From NCBI GenBank assembly GCA_963803805.1, contig CAWDOD010000003.1:1-64000 (forward strand): 64,000 nt of DNA, given 5' to 3'. The DNA is from an uncultured cyanobacterium (GTDB lineage Bacteria; Cyanobacteriota; Cyanobacteriia; Cyanobacteriales; CAWCAG01). The number at the start of each line of letters is the position of its first letter. The first letter of the stretch is position 1. Of the stretch, positions 40,142-49,083 are shown piece by piece. A program made the translations under genes and the position numbers. Below the pieces are notes generated by a model that saw nothing but the letters and a program-made list of their open reading frames with translations, was not told the origin of the DNA and searched no databases.

Positions 40142-40149
40142 CCAATACC

Positions 40150-40719
40150 ATGATTCGATATTTTCTACTAATTATCATAATGTCTGCATGCTCTCCTACT
40201 AACGAGGATTGTTTAGAAAAACTGAACAGCGAGCTTGGCTCTAAGTATTCTGAGCCTCTTGACGAGTTGACCCATGAATTCGAACGTATTGTGATGAAAT
40301 CAGACGGTTCAAGTTTCCCAGATAAATGTAGGAATTTCCTAAAACCTCTTGCATCTGGGAAGGATCAAGAATTCTTCTCAAAAATTGTCAAGAGAGAAGA
40401 GCTTGTGAACGCTGTTAGTGGATTGGACACTATGATTTTCAAGTATGAATACTATAAAACGGATAGCCTCTCAACTAAGAAATATATTTCGAACAAATGG
40501 AACGGTAACTTTATCAAAGCGCTATCAACCTTAACGGAATGTGACGAATTGATTTCCGGATATGTAGAAACTATAGTGGAAACTGGGGGAATAGGACCTG
40601 TTCTAGTGGCGAATGGAGCAATTGTTAATTACAGTGATGAAGAATTCAACAACCCAATTGTCAAGCGAATACTGGCAGTGGAAGTTCTTCTACCTTACTT
40701 GACATATTCTCCTGACTAA
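40150..40719 (+). CDS. Cassette 25: hypothetical lipoprotein
   Basis: Lipobox MSAC. Confidence 0.65.
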   Translation: MIRYFLLIIIMSACSPTNEDCLEKLNSELGSKYSEPLDELTHEFERIVMKSDGSSFPDKCRNFLKPLASGKDQEFFSKIVKREELVNAVSGLDTMIFKYEYYKTDSLSTKKYISNKWNGNFIKALSTLTECDELISGYVETIVETGGIGPVLVANGAIVNYSDEEFNNPIVKRILAVEVLLPYLTYSPD

Positions 40720-40723
40720 AAAA

Positions 40724-40939
40724 GGCTCTAACATTACCTAAAAATGCATTTGCTTACTGCTTCTAGCAAGTTGAGCATATAATTCTCCACAAAGCCAATC
40801 ACTTATCTTCCTTTAAAAAGAGGGTTGTCGAAGTGCTTCTCTCCTTTTACTGCTTTGCAATTGTAGTTACGGTTTGGCTTTGCTACTTTAGTACTTCGTC
40901 AGCGAATTGCGGCAAACGCATTTTAGCCGGGCGTTGTAG
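40724..40939 (+). repeat. attC-like site 25 (~215 bp)
   Basis: GGCTCTAAC...CTAAAAATGCATTTGC...GCAAACGCATTTTAG-ccgggc-GTT. Confidence 0.82.
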
Positions 40940-41012
40940 CACATTTCTGAAAACTGCTTCATTTGAAATTTTGTAACTTGGAACCAACTAACAACCAACC
41001 GACTACATCAAT

Positions 41013-42008
41013 ATGAAACGATTTATTAGCTCAAAACCAATAATTAGCTATCTACTAATCGCATATTTAATCACATTCTCATTCTGGTTTGCACCAAATA
41101 TATTTGAAGTAACTACAGACATTAGATTTGGACTTTTTACTATTGGAGGATGTGGACCTTTAATTGCAGCATATCTGGTTATGCTCATTCAATCTGAAAG
41201 GAAAATTGAAATACCATCTTTGAAAATCTTCTTTCTCTTCTTCTTTCTCTCATTATTTTCTATCACTGCCCTAATGTACTCTATAGATTTAGGAAATATA
41301 AATGAAGAAGGCTTCACACCAAGATTACAGAATGTTAGTATCCTAGGTTGGCTACTAGTATTATTGTTTTGTTTTATTACCGGACTTAACGCTAGTAATG
41401 CAGCAAACACAAAATTAAAAGAGAATTATCTGAAAACATTCTTGTTTGAAAATCAAAAATTAAAATGGTACGCTATTGCCCTTTTAATATTCCCTACACT
41501 TTCAATGCTTGGGTATTTTCTCGGGGATTTTCTTGGATTCAAGTTGACTGATTTTTTTATAAAATATGAACCTTTTTGGCTGTTGACATTTCTGGGTACT
41601 TTCCTATACTTTGGCGGAAACGAGGAATTTGGATGGAGAGGATTTATGCAAAAGGAACTACAAAAGAAATACAGTCCATTAATTAGTGCTTTACTTATAA
41701 GTGTAGCTTGGAACTTTTGGCATCTACCAATGCATTATAATGGAATTTATTCAACAGGCGGGATTGCAGACCTTCTTCCAAGATTTTTATTGATAGTACC
41801 TCATACTATAATGCTAACTTGGTTATTCAATAAGTCAAAATATTCATTACTTGCCGTAGTTCTTTTACATACAATGCATAATAGTTTCACCAGTATATTT
41901 GGTGGAGCAAGAGAAAGTCTATTCATTCTTCAAATGCTATTTTGTGTCATTGTAATAATAAAAGAAAAAATGTGGAAAAAAATAGACTACAGTAAGGTAA
42001 TTGATTAA
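41013..42008 (+). CDS. Cassette 26: CPBP (CAAX/Abi) family intramembrane metalloprotease
   Basis: EEFGWRG, WHLP and HTMHN motifs. Confidence 0.88.
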   Translation: MKRFISSKPIISYLLIAYLITFSFWFAPNIFEVTTDIRFGLFTIGGCGPLIAAYLVMLIQSERKIEIPSLKIFFLFFFLSLFSITALMYSIDLGNINEEGFTPRLQNVSILGWLLVLLFCFITGLNASNAANTKLKENYLKTFLFENQKLKWYAIALLIFPTLSMLGYFLGDFLGFKLTDFFIKYEPFWLLTFLGTFLYFGGNEEFGWRGFMQKELQKKYSPLISALLISVAWNFWHLPMHYNGIYSTGGIADLLPRFLLIVPHTIMLTWLFNKSKYSLLAVVLLHTMHNSFTSIFGGARESLFILQMLFCVIVIIKEKMWKKIDYSKVID

Positions 42009-42016
42009 TAAAAAAC

Positions 42017-42151
42017 GTGCTACAACAATGTATAACCGCAATTACGGCGGATTCGACTGCGTCCGAATCCACTCGGAATTGCTAAGCCAGTGTTCAACCG
42101 AAAAAACAGTAACTTTAAACCCGTAACTGACGGTTATACCAACCGTTGGGC
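42017..42151 (+). repeat. attC-like site 26
   Basis: GTGCTACAAC-aat-GTATAACCGCAATTACGG...CCGTAACTGACGGTTATAC-caacc-GTT. Confidence 0.85.
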
Positions 42152-42229
42152 ACAATTAAAACCGACTTCCGATTAAACCTTTTCAATTTTTGTGCATCTA
42201 ATTCTATATTGAACTTATAAACAGAAAAA

Positions 42230-44215
42230 ATGAAAAAAGTGTACCTCACAATTATAACCACTTTCTTAACGCTTGGAATTACTGCTCAAACTATTCAACA
42301 ACTCATAGATTCGGCAGCAACCTTTCCGCCTATGCCAAGGGGCACAGCAGATATGATTCCATTTGTTCAGGGCTTTCCAACTTTCGCTTCAGGAGCACCT
42401 TTCAACGATTTGGATTTTACACTTCTTGACACAGACTATATGGATGGCGAGAATAGTGGTGGAGATGTTTTTATGCCTGTTGACCCTTCAGACCAATTCC
42501 CAGGAGCCGATAAAGTAAAATATATCCGTTGCATTTTAAACACGGATTTAAATCAAGCCTATGGTAGTGCAGATATTGATAGAGTAATTCTTGGAACTCA
42601 CGAAATTAGCGTACCCTTTTTTTTACGTGGCGCTGACGGCATCGACAACGATTATGCTGTTATTCAGCACCTCGATTTTGAAGCGGGATATATTCAGCTT
42701 AAAGGTTCTGCCAATGACTACGATTTGGTATATTGTACTTTAGCTGATGGCTGCCAAACAGAAGGGTGGTATTTATTTTATACTGCCAATAACAGTATAG
42801 ACCTTATTGCATTCATCTATCCTTGCTGGGATATTGAACCTTCTGTAAGTGGTAATCCACCAAATAATCCCAACCCTATTTGTAACTCAGATAGTACCTT
42901 GAGCTTAACTAATCCTACTCATTTCAAATACGCCCAGCCCATTAACACGAATATCACTTTGACAAATGGGATTGCTCAATTTGGAAGCAATGGAAAAGAA
43001 GTCATTGGTGGAATGACAGTCGATAGCCAGGGCAATACATATTTATTTGGACTTACAGACGGCAACTTAGATGGGAATACTGATGCTGACAATGAAATCT
43101 TTGTCATCAAACTTGACATTAACGGAAACCGACAATGGGTGACAGAACTTCCAATGGCAGAAGGAACAATTTTGAAAGACGGAATTACAGACAATCAATT
43201 TTTGTATGTCTGTGGACGGACTTTGGGAAATTTGCCAGGCTTTACGAATGCAGGAAGATGGGACGGCATTATTTTAAAACTTGACCTCTCAAACGGACAA
43301 ATTATAGCGTCAGACCAATGGGGAAATGCAGGAATTGACGGTTATGGAAACATAGAACAAGACGATAACGGAAATATTTTTGTTTCAGCGCAAGGCTCGC
43401 CCGTTGGACAAGGCGGAACAGATGATGTGTATTTGGTTGCCAAACACAGCAAATCTGACCTATCCAACATTTGGCGTGAATTGAATGCACCGAACGCCAC
43501 AGGTTTTATTGCCTCTGCCGAAGCGTGGGGCGGTCTTACTTATGTTCCAAACCAAACCCCAGGTGATGGTAGGCTCATTGCTGGTGGTTGGTATTTTTCG
43601 AATTTAGGAGCTAATGCATTCGTTTCCGTATATGAAAATCTTAACTCTGCCAATCCTACTCGACCACATTCCGAAATAATCAATACACAAGGAATAAGAG
43701 CCGATTGGGTATTAGATAATGCGGTAGACAGTCAAGGAAATATATATGTAGCAGGTTTTACTACAGGCAATTTAGGTTCAACACCACTTGGCGAAGGAGA
43801 TGCCTATATTATCAAGTATTCCCCTCAACTGACAAATCCTGTTTATCTGCAATTTGGAACCAACAAATCAGACCTAATTAGGAAGTTGATTATTCAAAAT
43901 GACACACTCTACACTGTCGGCTACACTTATGGAAACTATATTGGGAATAATGCCGACCCAAATCTACTTTCAGGAGATGTATTTATTCAAAAGTTAGATG
44001 CTAACTTGAACCTTTTAAACGGAATTCAATTCGGAACACCACACGAAGACCGTGGCTTTGGTTATTTAAGAGATACGAATCTATGGATTGGCGGAATGAC
44101 CGAAGGCTATATGTCAGGAAACAATCTTGGTTCTTTTGACGGGTTTCTTGCTGCGGTAAATACGACAGACCTTTCATTGAATAACCGATTGAATAAGAAA
44201 ATTATAAAAGAATAA
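42230..44215 (+). CDS. Cassette 27: secreted beta-propeller (SBBP-repeat-like) protein
   Basis: Signal peptide; repeated VDSQGNxYxxGxTxGNL units. Confidence 0.75.
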   Translation: MKKVYLTIITTFLTLGITAQTIQQLIDSAATFPPMPRGTADMIPFVQGFPTFASGAPFNDLDFTLLDTDYMDGENSGGDVFMPVDPSDQFPGADKVKYIRCILNTDLNQAYGSADIDRVILGTHEISVPFFLRGADGIDNDYAVIQHLDFEAGYIQLKGSANDYDLVYCTLADGCQTEGWYLFYTANNSIDLIAFIYPCWDIEPSVSGNPPNNPNPICNSDSTLSLTNPTHFKYAQPINTNITLTNGIAQFGSNGKEVIGGMTVDSQGNTYLFGLTDGNLDGNTDADNEIFVIKLDINGNRQWVTELPMAEGTILKDGITDNQFLYVCGRTLGNLPGFTNAGRWDGIILKLDLSNGQIIASDQWGNAGIDGYGNIEQDDNGNIFVSAQGSPVGQGGTDDVYLVAKHSKSDLSNIWRELNAPNATGFIASAEAWGGLTYVPNQTPGDGRLIAGGWYFSNLGANAFVSVYENLNSANPTRPHSEIINTQGIRADWVLDNAVDSQGNIYVAGFTTGNLGSTPLGEGDAYIIKYSPQLTNPVYLQFGTNKSDLIRKLIIQNDTLYTVGYTYGNYIGNNADPNLLSGDVFIQKLDANLNLLNGIQFGTPHEDRGFGYLRDTNLWIGGMTEGYMSGNNLGSFDGFLAAVNTTDLSLNNRLNKKIIKE

Positions 44216-44529
44216 CTGTGCCCAACAACTAAGCATTCGTGTGGTCGGTACGACCCAACATAGCCTGTCCCGCAATTCGGGAAATGCAGTGTTGAGCGAA
44301 TCAGTAGCTTGCTAGAAGTGCTGCACCCTTATGGGTAAACCGAAATGATTGAGTTTAATGTCAGGGCTTAAAAGTGTTTACTTTTAAGCTGGAAGGAGTA
44401 GTCAAATCAAGTATTTTAAGGCTTTATCATATGACTTTTAATATTTTCATTGATTGAGGAGCTATTTTTTCCTCATTTTAGCACATTTTGAGCGTAGTTT
44501 TTCCATTACGCCCATTGCCGTTTCATTTT

Positions 44530-45669
44530 TTAGTGTCCTTTTAGTTTATTGAGCCAATGAAGAGGTGGTCCCCTTTGATCAAAGACTGCCACGGTTTGAA
44601 GTTTTCCTTTTTTGCAGGTTGGGCAGATGCCCAAGCAGGTAGCGATTGATTCAGCAATAATAATTTCAAGCTTACCTATTTGGCTCTCTATTATCGCCTT
44701 ACATGCTTTTTTACGGCTGCCCGATAAAATACCAAAATGCCTGATTCGAGTAACACCTTTTGGCAGGATATGCATGGCAAACCTTCTGATAAATTCCTTT
44801 GTCTTTAAAGTCACCACATGCTTTTTGCCACCTCTCCTGTACTCTTTGGCAGAGAAGCTGACCCCGTCCTTGTCCACATCGATCAGCCGGTGGTTGCTGA
44901 TGGCCACTTTATGGGTATACCTGCCTAGCCCCGATAGCTATCGGGGCCACTACTTGAGTAGGTCCATAAAATTGTTGCTTGCAATAGATCACCCAGTTCT
45001 TTTTAAACAACAGTTGGCCCTCCTGCTTGGTCAGCAGTTCTTCTTTTCTTAATGCGGCCACCATCTTTGCTCTAAATACTTTGCTCATGGCCTTTACAGG
45101 GAAAAGATATTTGCCCTTTCCCTTACCCTCTTTCCATTTTCCCGATCGGGTCAATCCCCCTGAAGGAATGATACAGTGAAGATGTGGGTGCAGGCTCAGG
45201 TTCTGCCCCCATGTATGGAGCACGGCAATCATGCCGTTGTGGGCGCCCATCAACTTGGGGTTAGCCGCAAAATCCTTTACCACTTGCCAAGCTGTTTTGA
45301 ACAATAGCGCATATAGCAATCCAGGCTGTTCCAAGGCCAAACCATTGAGGGTATCGGGCAGGGAAAACACCGTATGAAAATAGGAGGTGTTGAGTAAATC
45401 CTTTTCCCTTTCCTGCACCCACTTTTGCTGTAGGTGCCCTTGATCCCGATAGCTATCGGGAGGCAGTGCCTGTTGCGGCAGCTATTGTAGCTGAGGTGCA
45501 ATTTATTGCATTTAGGATTATCACAGCGATCAAGGTGACCTCCCATGGCAGACGTCCTGCATTTTGCCAATGCATACAGCGTCCTGCGCTTCCAGCTATT
45601 GCCGATAAGACTTGGCAGTTCATGTAGCTGTTGTTGCAGGATTTGCTGTACTTCAAAAGTGGGCTTCAT
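44530..45669 (-). pseudogene. IS91-family (Y2) transposase, broken into three frames
   Basis: CRT..MGGH, YNSCRNRHC, HTWGQNLSLHPHLH (HUH) and FIRRFAMHILPKG motifs. Confidence 0.85.
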
Positions 45670-46526
45670 GACCGGTAGAGTTTCTCTAAAGGAGAAAAAG
45701 GCAGTTGCCTGCCCACCCTTGCCACATGCAGGTAGCCCAAGGTGGTCTGGATGTCACCATGCCCGAGCAGATCTTTGAGGGTGATGATATCGGTGCCCAT
45801 TTCCAGCAGATGGGTGGCGTAGCTGTGACGAAGGGTATGGGCTGTGATTTGCTTCTTGATACCTGAGCGTTGCCTGGCTTCACGCATCACCCATTGCACT
45901 CCTCTGGTGGAAAGCCCGGTATATCCTCCTTCTTCATCGGATTGCCCGTTGAAAAGAAATTCAACAGGTTTTTCCGCTTCAAGATAGGTTTCAACGCCAC
46001 GGATCAGTAAGTCACAAAGCGGAACATAGCGGTCTTTCTTTCCTTTTCCCTCCCTCACATGGAGCTGTTTCCTGATTAAATCAAGATCAACAATTTTAAG
46101 CTTGCACAACTCGAAGTTCCTCAGCCCACAGCCATAGAGCAACGCCATCATTAATCGGTGCTTCAGTAGTTTTGGAGTCTTTAAAAGTAAGCGTACTTCT
46201 TGCTGACTTAATACAACGGGTAGTGCCTTCTGCCTTCCAATGGAGGGTAATATCACCCTGCTTTCTGTGCGGTCAAATATCCTGTAGAGGTAGCGAAGTC
46301 CGTAAACGGTGTGCTTGAAGAAGCTATCAGAAGGCGTCTTCCTTTTGGACTTTAACATGTGCAGATAATCCAGGATTTGCTCGTCATCCAGTTCCAGCAA
46401 ATCACATTGCAAGTGCAGACCCATATGTGCCAAACACCTCCCATAATTAGTGAGTGTGCTCTGGCTTTTGCCGGCAATATCAATACTTCTTCTTAGCCTT
46501 TTGTACTGTAGGCCGAAGCCTGGCAC
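45666..46526 (-). CDS. Tyrosine recombinase of the IS91-associated type
   Basis: YGCGLRNFE, KGKKDR, HTLRHSYATH, LLGH and TTLGYLH motifs. The natural ATG (46569) is out of frame across an A8 run. Confidence 0.88.
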   Translation of the reverse strand: MPGFGLQYKRLRRSIDIAGKSQSTLTNYGRCLAHMGLHLQCDLLELDDEQILDYLHMLKSKRKTPSDSFFKHTVYGLRYLYRIFDRTESRVILPSIGRQKALPVVLSQQEVRLLLKTPKLLKHRLMMALLYGCGLRNFELCKLKIVDLDLIRKQLHVREGKGKKDRYVPLCDLLIRGVETYLEAEKPVEFLFNGQSDEEGGYTGLSTRGVQWVMREARQRSGIKKQITAHTLRHSYATHLLEMGTDIITLKDLLGHGDIQTTLGYLHVARVGRQLPFSPLEKLYRS

Positions 46527-46655
46527 AGCTTGACAGGCTTTTTCAATTAGGGTATTACTTTTTTTTCATAACTTATAATTTAATGAATGAATACTCAACC
46601 TAAGTTACGGAAGTCTGAACAAATTGTCAGGCTTCCGCCCTTAGGCGGATTCGTT

Positions 46656-46782
46656 CAACAATGTATATAAAAAATAGGCGATTTAGTAATAAATTCAAGG
46701 TTTTTGCTCATATCAAACTTTGTGTTTAACCGAGAGTTCAGTGATTCGATATCGCCTACTTTTCATATACTAAACGTTAGCG
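46656..46782 (+). repeat. Right part of attC-like site 27 (family A)
   Basis: CAAC-aat-GTATATAAAAAATAGGCGA...TCGCCTACTTTTCATATAC-taaac-GTT. Confidence 0.85.
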
Positions 46783-46833
46783 GTAATGCAAAAAACACTC
46801 TACAAGAAAACAAAAATTCTAAAATAGAAAGAA

Positions 46834-47322
46834 ATGACAGAGTTAGAAGACAAATTTGAAATTTACGAATTGGCGTATAAGTTTGCTGATGCGGCCAATC
46901 GAAAAGACGGAAAAATGTTTCAATCCCTTTGGGCAGACGAAGGTGCTGAATGGATTATTGGAAAACCCATAAATAAAGAATTTAAAGGAAAAGAAAATAT
47001 GGGTGGGTATGTAACGCAAATGCTCGGGCTTTGGGAATTTTTTGTGCAGATGGTTACTGGCGGAGTTGTAATACTAAAAGGAAATGAGGCATATGCACGT
47101 TTTTATGTTCAAGAAATTGCAAATGGAAAGAATGAAACAGGGAACCATAACCTGAGTATGTACGAGGACGAATTGATAAAAAATGATGGTCTTTGGTACT
47201 TTAAAAAAAGAACATATCATACCATATTTCAATCAACGGAAAGACAAAAGGGAGAAGTTATACAAGTTCCAGATTTACCAGAATGGAGTAAAGAAAAATC
47301 GTTGAACACTAGAGCACAATAG
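46834..47322 (+). CDS. Cassette 28: SnoaL/NTF2-like protein
   Basis: IYELAYKFADAAN...YEDELIK..GLWYFKKR pattern. Confidence 0.75.
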   Translation: MTELEDKFEIYELAYKFADAANRKDGKMFQSLWADEGAEWIIGKPINKEFKGKENMGGYVTQMLGLWEFFVQMVTGGVVILKGNEAYARFYVQEIANGKNETGNHNLSMYEDELIKNDGLWYFKKRTYHTIFQSTERQKGEVIQVPDLPEWSKEKSLNTRAQ

Positions 47323-47348
47323 TCAATATAAACAAAAATTCTAAAAAT

Positions 47349-48068
47349 ATGAAAAAAGTTATTCATAAAGCAGAAACGAGAGGACACGCAAATCACGGCT
47401 GGTTAGACAGTTATCACACTTTTAGTTTTGCAAATTATCACAATCTTGAGCGAATGAATTTTGGTGTTTTAAGAGTTTTAAATGACGACACCGTATCTGG
47501 AGGAATGGGATTTGGGAAACATCCACATAGAGATATGGAAATAATAAGCATACCGCTTGAAGGAACTCTAAAACACGAAGATAGTATGGGTACGAAAAGT
47601 ATCATTGAAAGCGGTGATGTTCAAGTAATGAGTGCTGGTACAGGAGTAACACACAGCGAAAAAAATGCAAGTCAAACTGAAACCGTAAAATTTCTACAAA
47701 TATGGATTATTCCGAAAAAGTTGGGATTGGAACCACGCTATGGTGAAATCAACTTATCTGATGGTGCAAAACCCAACGATTTTCAACAGATAGTTTCACC
47801 CAATAAAGACGATGCCGGAACTTGGATTAATCAAGATGCTTGGCTCAACCTTGCTAATTTCGACAAAGGAACCACCAAAGAGTATTGTATTCAAAAGAAC
47901 ACAAATGGCATCTATGTTTTCATAATTGAGGGTAAGGCAAAAATAAATAATCAATTATTGGAAAAGCGTGACGGTTTAGGCATTTCAGAAACACAATCTT
48001 TCAAAGTTGAGGCGATAGAAAATTCACAGATACTTTTAATTGAAGTACCTATGGAATTGCCCGAATAA
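47349..48068 (+). CDS. Cassette 28: pirin family protein
   Basis: HGWLDSYHTFSF, HPHRDMEI and MSAGTGVTHSE motifs. Confidence 0.9.
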   Translation: MKKVIHKAETRGHANHGWLDSYHTFSFANYHNLERMNFGVLRVLNDDTVSGGMGFGKHPHRDMEIISIPLEGTLKHEDSMGTKSIIESGDVQVMSAGTGVTHSEKNASQTETVKFLQIWIIPKKLGLEPRYGEINLSDGAKPNDFQQIVSPNKDDAGTWINQDAWLNLANFDKGTTKEYCIQKNTNGIYVFIIEGKAKINNQLLEKRDGLGISETQSFKVEAIENSQILLIEVPMELPE

Positions 48069-48077
48069 ATTAAAATT

Positions 48078-49006
48078 ATGAAAAACTCAAGTAAACTAAA
48101 AACACTCCTCTACAAAGGAAACGAAAAAAGCAAATTGACCTTGCATCTGTTTTTGCAGATTATCGGCAAGATACGAATGAATAAAACCGAACGTAAAAAC
48201 CATTGGTGGTATATCACAGAATATATCGATACTAAAGGGATTTCATCGGGTGCTATTCCATACGATAACGGAAATAATACCTTCAAAATTACCATTAACG
48301 TTTTACAACACCTTTAGAAGTCGAAAACTCAAAAGGCGGTTTCAATTCTTTTGAATTATCATCAAGCTTGACCGTTGCAGAATTCTTCAAAAAAATATCC
48401 AATATTTTGAAAGAGCAAAACATCCCTTTTACAATTTTTGACAAACCGTTTGACTTAAGTATTGATAGCAAATTTGGACAGATTAATGATTTACATCATT
48501 ATGATAAAGACTATGTTTTTGAGCTTTGGAAAGCCTTGCTTTGGGTAGATACTGTATTTAAAGAATTTAGTGGCAGGTTTTACGGTAAAACCTGTCCAGT
48601 TCATTTATATTGGCACTCAATGGATTTAACGGTAACACGATTTTCTGGCAAAAAAGCACCACCAATGCCAAACGATGCAAGAATTTCCGATAAGGATGCC
48701 TATTCGCACGAGGTCATCAGTTTTGGTTTTTGGCCAGGCGATGAAAATGTACAGGAACCAGCCTTTTATTCTTACACATATCCTTCACCAAAAGGTATAG
48801 ACAAAGAGATTATTTTACCCCAACAAGCTAAGTGGGTCGAAGTCAACAACAGCCCGATGGCGATATTGAAATATAATGATTTAGTGAATGAAAAGAACCC
48901 ACGGAAATCATTGTTGGAATTTTTACAAACCACTTATCATGCAGGTGCTAAATTAGCAAAGTGGGATATAAAAGGTTTTGAAGTTCCAGACTTAAATAAA
49001 TTATAA
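48078..49006 (+). pseudogene. Cassette 28: DUF5996-like protein, frameshifted near 48312
   Basis: TLHLFLQIIGK...NHWW in the first ORF; PVHLYWHSMDL, AYSHEVISFGFWPG and FYSYTYPSP in the second. Confidence 0.7.
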
Positions 49007-49018
49007 GAAGAAACAATT

Positions 49019-49083
49019 ATGGTTAAAATTGACATCGAAAATAACGGTAAGAAAGGTCGTTTTGCAATTTACGAAGATGATAT
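49019..49083 (+). pseudogene. Truncated start of a YjdJ-like small GNAT at the sequence junction
   Basis: MVKIDIENNGKKGRFAIYEDD resembles the N-terminus of small Bacteroidota GNATs; similarity appears to end here. Confidence 0.45.

Larger units (their letters stand above)
44229..46655 (-). mobile_element. Tyrosine recombinase + IS91-like (Y2/HUH) transposase element inserted in attC-like site 27
   Basis: Left junction TGTGCCCAACAA|ctaagc; right junction gttCAACAA|TGTATATAAAAAATAGGCG. The family A att site resumes after the right junction and ends at GTT 46776. Confidence 0.82.
11165..49083 (+). mobile_element. Integron-like gene cassette array: 28 cassettes, 27 attC-like sites, last cassette truncated
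   Basis: Cassette starts (G of GTT): 11165, 11865, 13297, 15995, 16369, 17852, 18354, 18854, 20127, 21555, 22195, 23874, 24772, 25398, 26138, 27046, 27836, 29056, 29494, 32744, 35655, 37053, 38195, 38910, 40135 (ATT), 40933, 42145, 46776. Each complete cassette ends in the reverse complement of its start. Confidence 0.9.

Noticed and set aside
11809-46782. Recurring intergenic repeats as a CRISPR array
   Set aside because: The repeats are 55-215 bp, heterogeneous and separated by whole genes; no cas genes are present.
11809-46782. att hairpins as simple rho-independent terminators or REP elements
   Set aside because: They lack U-tracts and fold better on the non-coding strand. They also cannot explain the cassette-specific complementarity between distant ends.
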